A stretch of DNA of 29,589 bases from a virus (Duplodnaviria > Caudoviricetes). Shown here piece by piece: positions 1-8,586 of this stretch (within the stretch, counting starts at the first letter, position 1; every line of letters starts with the position of its first letter). The position numbers and the translations under genes are program-made. Under the pieces are notes generated by a model, which searched no databases, was not told where the DNA came from, and saw nothing but the letters and a program-made list of their open reading frames with translations. Location: positions 1 through 29,589 of the IMG/VR virus record IMGVR_UViG_3300044616_000248; one strand, given 5' to 3'.

Positions 1-26
1 CGTATGTTCCATATAAATAAGTACGT

Positions 27-185
27 ATGAAGTTCAGAAATGGTTGGAATACTTATACCAAACAATGGGATAAGTTAGCTATTAAAGTAAGATTCTCATT
101 CATTGATATCTTATCTATTGAGATAGATGTGTCTAGAGACTTTTACCTTTTAACAATCTTAAATCTTACTATTAAAAATAGATAA
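27..185 (+). CDS. small hypothetical protein (52 aa, MKFRNGWNTYTKQWDKLAIK...LTIKNR), not in ORF track
   Basis: Translated by hand: ATG at 27, TAA at 183-185. Packed between an upstream TAA (18-20) and the next ATG at 187. Confidence 0.65.
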   Translation: MKFRNGWNTYTKQWDKLAIKVRFSFIDILSIEIDVSRDFYLLTILNLTIKNR

Positions 186-186
186 A

Positions 187-468
187 ATGAAAAATTCAAA
201 AGGACTTAAAGGAACAACAGATGCACTAGCACATTGTAAGTCAATGTATGCAAAAGGTGGATCAGCTGGTAAAAATCAAATGATCCGTTCTATGAAAAGT
301 TATGAGATGGGAGGTACATCTCAATCAGCTGATTTAGGTGATGATCTTAAAAGAGGATGGCGAAAAGTTAAAAGAGCTGTTAGAAATACAGTTAATAGTA
401 TGAAAAATCCAAGTCATACCCCAACATTTAAGAAATCTAAATGTGGTGGCGCAGGCTGCTGGAACTAA
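187..468 (+). CDS. small basic protein with YxxGG motifs (MYAKGGS, YEMGGT)
   Basis: ORF track. Lys/Gly-rich, shares the motif of the 12.6-16.2 kb cluster, and is followed by a terminator hairpin. Confidence 0.7.
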   Translation: MKNSKGLKGTTDALAHCKSMYAKGGSAGKNQMIRSMKSYEMGGTSQSADLGDDLKRGWRKVKRAVRNTVNSMKNPSHTPTFKKSKCGGAGCWN

Positions 469-485
469 TTTTAACTAACATATAG

Positions 486-517
486 AAATCCAGGTACTTA
501 TAGTATCTGGATTTTTT
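486..517 (+). terminator. Rho-independent terminator
   Basis: Stem AAATCCAGGTACT (486-498), loop TAT, stem AGTATCTGGATTT (502-514) with one G-U pair, running into a T-tract. Confidence 0.8.
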
Positions 518-548
518 ATTTAAACAATATACATTTAAACTTATTTTG

Positions 549-556
549 TATATTTG
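549..556 (+). promoter_or_regulatory. possible Bacteroidota housekeeping-sigma -7 element (TAnnTTTG)
   Basis: TATATTTG matches TAnnTTTG and lies between the terminator and ATG 582. No TTTG -33 box at the canonical spacing. Confidence 0.4.
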
Positions 557-581
557 TTGTAAACCAAATAAATTAAATATC

Positions 582-869
582 ATGGAAAACCAACAAGAAA
601 GAGAATTTACAGCTGAAGAACTAGCTGCTCAAAAAGAACAAATGCTTCAATTCTATACTGAGTCTATTCCATACTTAGAAGCTCAACTTAAGTATGAAGA
701 ATATCTTATGAAGATTGATGAAGCAAGGTACAAGAGAAATACTATTCAGATGCAGTGGGCAATGATGATGCAAGCTCAACAAGAACAAGAATCAGAAGGA
801 TCTGATTTTGATATTGACAATGAACCTAATATTCCTGAACAAGGTAAAAGGAAGCTCAGAAAAGGATAG
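582..869 (+). CDS. hypothetical protein, acidic/helical (MENQQEREFT...)
   Basis: ORF track starts at TTG 546. ATG 582 after an A-rich leader is the more plausible start. Confidence 0.75.
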   Translation: MENQQEREFTAEELAAQKEQMLQFYTESIPYLEAQLKYEEYLMKIDEARYKRNTIQMQWAMMMQAQQEQESEGSDFDIDNEPNIPEQGKRKLRKG

Positions 870-871
870 TC

Positions 872-1252
872 ATGGCTTTAGTAAATCAAGTACAGAAACG
901 TGTAAAAATGCCTAAATGGGATGTAGTAAAGTTCCAGATACTAGTGCATTGTTACATTAATAGAATTACCATGAGTGATTCTGATTTAAACTGTCTTACT
1001 TTACTAAGTCTTAATGAACCAATTGAACTTACTGAATTTTGTTATGAGGCCTCTTCAGAAGAGGAATGGATTTTTAAATCACCACAAACTGTTAGAAACT
1101 GTATTAATAAAGCAGAAAAAAATGGTATTGTGGTTAAAAACCCAGACAATAAAAAGATAATATCTATTAATCCAAGTTTAAAAATTCAAACTGAAGGTAC
1201 AGTATTACTTGATTATAAAATCTTAGGGAATGAATCCACGGAAGTCCAGTAA
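872..1252 (+). CDS. putative winged-helix DNA-binding protein
   Basis: SPQTVRNCINKAEKNGIVVK resembles a wHTH recognition helix plus wing. Position fits the small HTH genes upstream of crAss-like terminases. Confidence 0.55.
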   Translation: MALVNQVQKRVKMPKWDVVKFQILVHCYINRITMSDSDLNCLTLLSLNEPIELTEFCYEASSEEEWIFKSPQTVRNCINKAEKNGIVVKNPDNKKIISINPSLKIQTEGTVLLDYKILGNESTEVQ

Positions 1253-1610
1253 ATTATATAAAACAGTTTCAGAAGATTTAAATATAAGTGAAACACTTGT
1301 AGAGAACATAATAGAACATTATTATAAAGAGGTTAGAACTTGTATGTCAGAATTAAACCATGCTAGATTGAATGTAACTGGACTAGGACATTTTTTTGCA
1401 AAACCTCAAAAAGTAAAAAAAGATATTGTAAGTATCACTGCTATTCTTAAGACACATGATGTATCTACATTCAAAGCATATTTTAGTAAGAAAAACTATG
1501 AAGAGACTTTAGATAAACTAATCATTTTAGATAAAGAATTGACAGAACAAAAACAACTAAGAGTAAAATATAAAGATGAAAGCAGCACTAAAAGCAATCT
1601 GGGAGAATAG
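1230..1610 (+). CDS. HU/IHF-like DNA-binding protein
   Basis: LYKTVSEDLNISETLVENII...LNVTGLGHFFAK follows the HU/IHF helix-helix then 'l.GfGtF' pattern. Confidence 0.65.
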   Translation: MNPRKSSKLYKTVSEDLNISETLVENIIEHYYKEVRTCMSELNHARLNVTGLGHFFAKPQKVKKDIVSITAILKTHDVSTFKAYFSKKNYEETLDKLIILDKELTEQKQLRVKYKDESSTKSNLGE

Positions 1611-1878
1611 AAAAGGAATTCTAGAAGGTGTAAAAAACTCAATTATTAGAGATGAGTTAGTAGAAGACATTGCAAGAATGAGATATGACATTTGTGATGA
1701 ATGTGAACACATAGATAATAAAGGAAAAGAATGTGCTGTAAAAGGTACTCAACCCTGTTGTGCTGAGTGTGGATGTTCCCTTCAATTTAAAACAAGATCT
1801 CTTTCTTCAGAATGTCCTCTTGGTAAATGGCAAGCAATTGCTACAGAAGAAGAGGAAGATAAACTAGATGAACTATGA
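1576..1878 (+). CDS. Cys-rich putative Zn-binding protein (DUF6171-like)
   Basis: Pattern RxxICxxC...CxxCGC...K.......CPLGKW. Confidence 0.6.
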   Translation: MKAALKAIWENRKGILEGVKNSIIRDELVEDIARMRYDICDECEHIDNKGKECAVKGTQPCCAECGCSLQFKTRSLSSECPLGKWQAIATEEEEDKLDEL

Positions 1879-2711
1879 GCATAGTATTTAATGCAGATGA
1901 TCACAGCTACAAGAGTGTAGATCCCAATGATGAAATCAAATGGGTTAGTGTCACTACTCTACTGTCTAGTCTTAAGAAACCTTTTGATGCTAAGAAGGTA
2001 GCTGAGAGAGTTAGTAAGAATAAGAAGTCTAAATGGTATGGTGTAGATCCTAAAACAATTATTCAGATTTGGGATAATGAAGCTAACAGAGCTACAACAC
2101 TAGGTACATTCTATCATAACCAAAGAGAATCTGATTTATGCTCACTTGCATCTATTGAAAGAGAAGGAGTAACAGTTCCTATTTTTAAACCCTATGAACA
2201 ACCAAATGGTTTAAAGATTGCACCTGTGCAAAAGCTTGATCCAGGCGTGTACCCAGAACATATGGTCTATCTTAAGTCAGCAGGCTTATGTGGCCAATCA
2301 GATTTAGTTGAAGTAGTCAATAGTAGAGTAAATATTATTGACTACAAAACTAATAAAGAGATTAAAACAGAATCATTCAAGAACTGGGAAGGAATGTCTG
2401 AAAAGATGTTACCACCAGTAGAACATTTGGATGATTGCAACTTTAATCACTATGCTTTACAGTTAAGTATCTACATGTATATTATCTTAAAGCATAATCC
2501 TAAACTTCAACCAGGAAAGATATTTATTCACCACATTACATTTGAAACAGCCGGAGAAGATCAATATGGTTATCCTATTGCTAAGTTAGATGATAATGGA
2601 GAACCAAAAGTATTAGATGTAATACCAATGCAAGTTCCTTATCTTTATGATGAAGTAATATCTGTTATTAATTATCTCAAGGATAATCCTTACATTATTA
2701 AAAAGAAGTAG
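1875..2711 (+). CDS. PD-(D/E)XK (Cas4/RecB-like) nuclease
   Basis: SVTTLL, GTFYH, CGQSDLV, IIDYKT and YALQLSIY motifs. Confidence 0.85.
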   Translation: MSIVFNADDHSYKSVDPNDEIKWVSVTTLLSSLKKPFDAKKVAERVSKNKKSKWYGVDPKTIIQIWDNEANRATTLGTFYHNQRESDLCSLASIEREGVTVPIFKPYEQPNGLKIAPVQKLDPGVYPEHMVYLKSAGLCGQSDLVEVVNSRVNIIDYKTNKEIKTESFKNWEGMSEKMLPPVEHLDDCNFNHYALQLSIYMYIILKHNPKLQPGKIFIHHITFETAGEDQYGYPIAKLDDNGEPKVLDVIPMQVPYLYDEVISVINYLKDNPYIIKKK

Positions 2712-2713
2712 TT

Positions 2714-3022
2714 ATGATATTTTATGAAATAAGAGAAGTCAATCCTAATTATCCAGGCCGTGATAAAATATTGGCTTATAAAGGAACTATATTATTTAGA
2801 TATAAAGGTAAGTTATTATGTTATCTTAAACCTTTAAAGAATAAATCTAAGAGTTTTGAAGATCCTAAAAATCCAGATGTATATTTACCAACTGGATTTA
2901 TTGTTTGTAGAAATGATAGTCTATTGTATTATCAGCATTATTTAGCTACAGGTTTTATAGATGGTTTAAAAAATATATTAGGTATAAAATCAAAACCAAA
3001 AATTGAAAATCCATTTGCATGA
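2714..3022 (+). CDS. hypothetical protein
   Basis: ORF track. Abuts the upstream stop and overlaps the next start (ATGA). No recognised motif. Confidence 0.6.
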   Translation: MIFYEIREVNPNYPGRDKILAYKGTILFRYKGKLLCYLKPLKNKSKSFEDPKNPDVYLPTGFIVCRNDSLLYYQHYLATGFIDGLKNILGIKSKPKIENPFA

Positions 3023-3534
3023 TTGTAAGACTATTTGATGTTCAGAATGGTAAAGTAATTCCAACAGAACATTGCTATACACTAAAGGCACTTAAAGATA
3101 TCATGGATAACTATCCAGATGATTATCTTAAAATATACCTCTACTTGTTCTACATGACATGTCCCAATCCGGATATGAATCCTTTCTTTCATACTCCAGA
3201 GATAGATAAAGAACACATTATTCTAAAAGAAATTGAAGCTGAGTTTTCAACTGAAGATGCTGATATTTATGTTGCACTAGAGTTTTGTAAAAGAATGTAT
3301 GAAACTCCTACTTCAAGAGCATATCAAGGTATGAAATCTATGTTAGATAGATTAGCTAAGTATATGGAGACAACACAGATTACTGCAGGTAGAGATGGTA
3401 ACATTAATTCACTAGTTGCTGCAGCCAAAAACTTTGACCAGATTAGAGCATCATTTAAAGGAGTCTATAAAGACTTACAGGATGAGCAGTCAAGTAAAGT
3501 ACGCGGAGGCCAGGGGCTTGCTTATGATAGTTAA
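3019..3534 (+). CDS. conserved phage protein upstream of terminase, candidate terminase small subunit
   Basis: 171-aa helical protein immediately 5' of the large terminase. Function inferred from position only. Confidence 0.5.
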   Translation: MIVRLFDVQNGKVIPTEHCYTLKALKDIMDNYPDDYLKIYLYLFYMTCPNPDMNPFFHTPEIDKEHIILKEIEAEFSTEDADIYVALEFCKRMYETPTSRAYQGMKSMLDRLAKYMETTQITAGRDGNINSLVAAAKNFDQIRASFKGVYKDLQDEQSSKVRGGQGLAYDS

Positions 3535-3536
3535 TT

Positions 3537-5744
3537 ATGAGTGAGATTTATCAAGACATATCAACCTATGACAATGGAACATGGACAACAACAAGCTTTG
3601 AATCCAGAGAGGACTTCAGTAACTTCATATTTGGGCTTTTCAAAGAACCCGGTAGTTACGGATTCAACAGTACAACTAATCAGGTATTTGTATCTGAGTC
3701 AAGAAGATTTAGAGATACTGGAGTATATTGCACAGCCCCATTCAAATCAAAAGACTTCATATCCTATTGGGATGATCAAAAAGCAAAATGCAGGAAGGGG
3801 ATAATTGTAAAAGAGGATGAAAACACATGGTTTCTTGCAAGAGAATATTACATGTGGCTTAACTTTTTACCAATCTTTGATAAAGAACAACAGAAGTTTG
3901 ACTTTGCTAAGATTAGGGATGCACAGTATCACATGGCTCTATATGAGTTATTAGCTGAGTTAAACTATAAACATTCTGCTATTTTAAAGAAACGTCAGAT
4001 TGCATCATCTTATTACCATATGGGTAAGTTTATAAATCAGCAATGGTTTGAAGCAGGGGTTACACTTAAGATGGGAGCAAGTCTTAAAGATTATATCAAT
4101 GAGAAAGGATCCTGGAAATTCTTACAGGAATATGCGGCATTCTTAAATGAACATACAGCATGGTATAGACCTATGTCTCCAGACAAGGTAATGATGTGGC
4201 AACAAAAGATTGAAGTAAGAAAAGGAGATAGAAAAACAGAAGTTGGTCTCAAGGGTACTATACAAGGTATGTCATTTGAGAAAGATCCAACAAATGGTGT
4301 AGGGGGTCCGGTAAAATACTTCTTCCATGAGGAAGCAGGTATTGCTCCTAAGATGGACCAGACATATGAGTACATGCGCCCGGCCATGCGCTCAGGTATG
4401 GTAACTACAGGTATGTTTATTGCAGCAGGATCTGTGGGTGACTTGTCTCAGTGTAATCCTTTGAGAGATATGATTCTTAATCCACTCTCTAAAGATATTT
4501 ATGCTGTAGAAACTAATCTTATAGATAATAAAGGAACTATAGGTTTGTCAGGTTTGTTTATTCCTGAGCAGTGGTCAATGCCTCCATACATAGATGAGTT
4601 TGGTAATTCACTTGTAGAAGAAGCATTAAAAGCCTTAGATGATCAGTTTGAGCAATGGAAAAAAGAACTTTCTCCAGAAGACTATCAATTAAGGATTTCT
4701 CAGCATCCTAGAAATATCCAAGAAGCTTTTGCACACAGATCTGTATCAATATTTCCAACTCACTTGGTTGCTGCTCAGAGCAGAAGAATTGAAGAAAAAG
4801 AATATGCTTATGAGTATTTAGATATTTATACTGATGAGACAGGAAAAGTTGCTGTAAAACCTACAGATAAACAACCTATTAAAGAATTTCCAATAAGTAA
4901 AAAGACAGAAGATAAAACTGGTGTACTTGTTGTATGGGAAAGACCAATTAAAGATCCTACCTTTGGACAGTACTATGCATCTATTGACCCTGTTTCTGAA
5001 GGTAAGACAACAACATCAGAATCACTATGTTCTATCTATATCATGAAAGCTCCTGTAGAAGTTACTAAAGTAACTGTGGGAGAAACAGAAACATATATAG
5101 AACCGGATAAAATTGTAGCTGCTTGGTGCGGTAGATTTGATGATATTAATAAAACTCACCAAAGGTTAGAACTAATTATAGAATGGTATAATGCTTGGAC
5201 AGTAATAGAGAATAACATTTCACTATTCATTCAGTATATGATATCAAGAAAAAAACAAAGATATCTAGTACCAAAAAGTCAGATATTATTTTTAAAAGAC
5301 TTAGGTGCTAATGCTAATGTATTCCAGGAGTATGGTTGGAAAAATACCGGTACATTATTTAAGGCACACTTACTAAGTTATACTATTGAATACTGCAAAG
5401 AAGAATTAGATGTAGAAACTAAATCTGATGGTACTATTGTAAGAACTAAATATGGTATAGAACGTATTCCAGACCCAATGTTACTTAAAGAAATGCAGGA
5501 GTATGCTGATGGAGTCAACGTGGATAGACTTGTATCATTTGCAGCACTTGTGGCATTTATGAGAATTCAGCAAGCTAATAGAGGTTATTCTAAAAGAGTT
5601 ATCATGGATGATGCTTCTAAAAACTTGCAAAAGTCAGATAATTTGTTTAAATTAAATAGAACCCCGTTCCGTCATATGGGTGGATCAGGTAAAGTTATTA
5701 ATGGTCAAGTTTTTAATAGGTCAGCCTTTAAGAACTTAAAATAA
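3537..5744 (+). CDS. terL: terminase large subunit, crAss-like
   Basis: Walker A-like ILKKRQIASS, Walker B YFFHEEAG, RNase H-like nuclease ASIDPV...IENN...NVDRLVSF. Directly precedes the portal gene. Confidence 0.92.
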   Translation: MSEIYQDISTYDNGTWTTTSFESREDFSNFIFGLFKEPGSYGFNSTTNQVFVSESRRFRDTGVYCTAPFKSKDFISYWDDQKAKCRKGIIVKEDENTWFLAREYYMWLNFLPIFDKEQQKFDFAKIRDAQYHMALYELLAELNYKHSAILKKRQIASSYYHMGKFINQQWFEAGVTLKMGASLKDYINEKGSWKFLQEYAAFLNEHTAWYRPMSPDKVMMWQQKIEVRKGDRKTEVGLKGTIQGMSFEKDPTNGVGGPVKYFFHEEAGIAPKMDQTYEYMRPAMRSGMVTTGMFIAAGSVGDLSQCNPLRDMILNPLSKDIYAVETNLIDNKGTIGLSGLFIPEQWSMPPYIDEFGNSLVEEALKALDDQFEQWKKELSPEDYQLRISQHPRNIQEAFAHRSVSIFPTHLVAAQSRRIEEKEYAYEYLDIYTDETGKVAVKPTDKQPIKEFPISKKTEDKTGVLVVWERPIKDPTFGQYYASIDPVSEGKTTTSESLCSIYIMKAPVEVTKVTVGETETYIEPDKIVAAWCGRFDDINKTHQRLELIIEWYNAWTVIENNISLFIQYMISRKKQRYLVPKSQILFLKDLGANANVFQEYGWKNTGTLFKAHLLSYTIEYCKEELDVETKSDGTIVRTKYGIERIPDPMLLKEMQEYADGVNVDRLVSFAALVAFMRIQQANRGYSKRVIMDDASKNLQKSDNLFKLNRTPFRHMGGSGKVINGQVFNRSAFKNLK
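5624..5654 (+). promoter_or_regulatory. putative promoter CTTG-N20-TAAATTA (inside terL 3' end, upstream of portal)
   Basis: Same 20-nt spacing as four other copies in the window. Confidence 0.45.
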
Positions 5745-5749
5745 TAGAT

Positions 5750-8494
5750 ATGCAGGTATATAATGCTTTACAGTTAAAAAAGGGAGCAAAAGTTGAACAG
5801 AATAGGATGGGTAGTGTTACCCAACCTCTTCAATTTATTCCTAAGAAAGATAAGGATGAAGAATGGGCAGCTTGGAATCTTGACTGGCTTGAGTGGAATG
5901 GTTTAAAACAAATCCGTAGAAATGCACGCAGGCTTATGAAAAACTATAAGCTTGCAAAAGGTATTATTGATAAGTCTGATTATATAGTTGAAGAAAATAA
6001 TGAATATAGAGATGTTGTTGAGTTACTTACTAGAGAAGATCCTACAGCATTAGAACTTAAGTTCTATCCTATTATTCCAAATGTTATTAATGTTCTTGTA
6101 GCTGAATTTGCAAAAAGAACTACTAAACTTACATACAGAGCAGTTGATGAGTTCTCATATAATGAGATGATTGAGCAAAAAAGAAAAATGGTTGAGGAAA
6201 CTCTTATGGCCAATGCTCAAATGAAAATTGTAACTGCTATGCTAGATGCTGGTTTAGATCCAAATTCTCCAGAGGCACAAGAGCAAATAAATCCTGAAAA
6301 TCTAAAAACACTTCCTGAGATTGAATCTTTCTTTAAGAAAGACTATAGATCAATGATAGAACAGTGGGCTTCACATCAACATAAAGTAGATGTTGAAAGA
6401 TTCCGTATGGATGAATTAGAAGAAAGAGGTTTTAGAGATTCACTTATTACAGATAGAGAGTTCTGGCATTTCCATATGATGGAAGATGATTATGAAGTAG
6501 AACTTTGGAATCCTGCTGTTGTATTCTATCATAAGTCTCCAGATGCTAGATATATTTCTCAAGGTAACTGGGTAGGTAAAATTGATATGTTTACTGTTGC
6601 CGATGTTATTGATAAATATGGATACATGATGACAGAAGAGCAGTTAGCAGCTCTTGAAGCAATTTATCCAATTAGATCTGCAGGTTATAACATTGGTGGA
6701 TTGCAAAATGATGGGTCATTCTATGATGCTACTAAGTCTCATGAATGGAATACTAATATGCCATCACTTGCATACAGACAATATACTTCAGCAGTTGCCG
6801 GATCAGTATATGAGGGTGGAGATATTATAAATCAAATCTTATCACAAGGAGAAGATTACTTTGATCAAGGTACTGCATTCTTACTTAGAGTAACTACTGC
6901 ATATTGGAAGTCTCAAAGAAAAGTAGGACATCTTACTAAAATTACAGAAGAAGGAGAAGTTATTAATGAGATTGTTACTGAAGATTACTCAGTTACTGAA
7001 AAGCCAATATATGATACAAGACTCTTTAAAAATAAAACTAAAGAGAATCTTGTATTTGGTGAACATATTGATTGGATCTGGATTAATGAAACTTGGGGTG
7101 GGGTAAAGATTGGTCCAAATCTTCCTTCATTCTGGGGTATGAATAATCCTGGAGGATTCTCTCCTATTTATATTGGAGTTGGTAAGAATCATATTGGCCC
7201 ACTTAAATTCCAATTTAAAGGTGACTCATCATTATATGGTTGTAAACTTCCAGTAGAAGGAGCTGTATTCTCTGATAGAAATACTAAGTCTACTGCTCTT
7301 ATTGATTTAATGAAGCCATATCAAATTGGATACAATATTGTAAACAATCAGATTGCAGATATTCTAGTAGATGAACTTGGTACTGTAATCATGCTTGATC
7401 AGAATACATTACCTAAACATTCACTTGGTGAAGACTGGGGTAAAGGTAATTATGCTAATGCATATGTTGCAATGAAAAACTTCCAGATTCTTCCTCTTGA
7501 TACATCTATTACAAATACAGAGAATGCATTAAACTTCCAGCATTTTCAAAAACTTGATCTTGAGCAAACCAATAGACTCATGTCAAGAATTCAACTTGGA
7601 AACTACTTTAAGCAACAAGCATATGAAGTAATTGGTGTTAACCCACAAAGAATGGGACAACAATTATCTCAGACTACCGCTACCGGAGTAGAACAAGCTA
7701 TGGCAGCCTCATATGCACAGACAGAGATATACTTTATCCAACACTGTGATTATCTAATGCCTAGAGTACACCAAATGCGTACTGACTTAGCACAATACTA
7801 TAACTCTACAAAACCATCTGCTAGACTATCTTATATTACATCTGCAGATGAAAAAGTAAACTTTGAAATAGAAGGTACAGATTTATTAATGAGAGATCTT
7901 AATATTTTTGCTACAACTACTGCTAACCATAGAGCTGTTCTTGAACAGTTAAAGCAAATGGCAATGCAGAATAATACTACTGGTGCTTCTATTTATGATC
8001 TTGGTAAAGTTGTTCAATCTGATTCAATTGCTGAATTAAATAATGCTCTTAAAGATTCTGAGCAAAAACAACAGCAAATGAAACAACAAGAGATGCAACA
8101 ACAACAGCAAATGCAAGAACAAGCTCTTCAGGCTAAAGCTCAAGAAGAAAAACTCAAAAGAGACTTTGATATGGCTGAAGCTGAGAAAAACAGACAAAGA
8201 GATATTCTCATTGCTGAAATTAGAGCTGCAGGTTATGGTGCTGTTGTTGATGTTAACAAAAATGAAATGTCTGACTATCAAGATGCAATGAAAGATATCA
8301 GACAAAGTGAGCAATATCAAGAGCAAAACAATCTACAAAGAGAGAAGCAAGTAAATGAAAATATGAGACAATCTCAAAAAATGGATATTGAAAGAGAAAA
8401 AATTCAAGCCCAAAAAGAGATTGCAGATAAGCAATTACAGATAGCAAGAGAGAATAAAAATAAATTTGATAATAAAACAGAAAAGAAGAAATAA
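5750..8494 (+). CDS. portal protein, crAss-like
   Basis: 914 aa following terL. FYPIIPNVINVLVAE and LIDLMKPYQIGYNIVNNQI segments, plus a long Gln/Glu-rich C-terminal coiled coil. Confidence 0.88.
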   Translation: MQVYNALQLKKGAKVEQNRMGSVTQPLQFIPKKDKDEEWAAWNLDWLEWNGLKQIRRNARRLMKNYKLAKGIIDKSDYIVEENNEYRDVVELLTREDPTALELKFYPIIPNVINVLVAEFAKRTTKLTYRAVDEFSYNEMIEQKRKMVEETLMANAQMKIVTAMLDAGLDPNSPEAQEQINPENLKTLPEIESFFKKDYRSMIEQWASHQHKVDVERFRMDELEERGFRDSLITDREFWHFHMMEDDYEVELWNPAVVFYHKSPDARYISQGNWVGKIDMFTVADVIDKYGYMMTEEQLAALEAIYPIRSAGYNIGGLQNDGSFYDATKSHEWNTNMPSLAYRQYTSAVAGSVYEGGDIINQILSQGEDYFDQGTAFLLRVTTAYWKSQRKVGHLTKITEEGEVINEIVTEDYSVTEKPIYDTRLFKNKTKENLVFGEHIDWIWINETWGGVKIGPNLPSFWGMNNPGGFSPIYIGVGKNHIGPLKFQFKGDSSLYGCKLPVEGAVFSDRNTKSTALIDLMKPYQIGYNIVNNQIADILVDELGTVIMLDQNTLPKHSLGEDWGKGNYANAYVAMKNFQILPLDTSITNTENALNFQHFQKLDLEQTNRLMSRIQLGNYFKQQAYEVIGVNPQRMGQQLSQTTATGVEQAMAASYAQTEIYFIQHCDYLMPRVHQMRTDLAQYYNSTKPSARLSYITSADEKVNFEIEGTDLLMRDLNIFATTTANHRAVLEQLKQMAMQNNTTGASIYDLGKVVQSDSIAELNNALKDSEQKQQQMKQQEMQQQQQMQEQALQAKAQEEKLKRDFDMAEAEKNRQRDILIAEIRAAGYGAVVDVNKNEMSDYQDAMKDIRQSEQYQEQNNLQREKQVNENMRQSQKMDIEREKIQAQKEIADKQLQIARENKNKFDNKTEKKK

Positions 8495-8532
8495 TCTTTT
8501 AGCTATATAGTCCAGAAAATTATGCTAACTGT

Positions 8533-8563
8533 TTTAAATATTTGAAGTTTATTTTGTATATTA
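8533..8563 (+). promoter_or_regulatory. putative promoter TTTA-N20-TATATTA upstream of scaffold/MCP
   Basis: Intergenic. Matches the recurrent element with one mismatch in the upstream box. Confidence 0.5.
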
Positions 8564-8586
8564 AATTATAACCAAAACCAACAAAT

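Noticed and set aside
1-20. End of an upstream gene (...YVPYK*), reminiscent of peptidase/endolysin C-termini
   Set aside because: Only five codons are visible, which is too little to assign.
1875-2711. Cas4-like nuclease as evidence of a CRISPR-Cas system
   Set aside because: No repeat-spacer array or other cas genes were seen. Stand-alone PD-(D/E)XK nucleases are common beside crAss-like terminases.
8060-8125. CAA/CAG-rich repeat-like tract
   Set aside because: It encodes the Gln-rich coiled coil of the portal C-terminus and is not a DNA-level repeat element.
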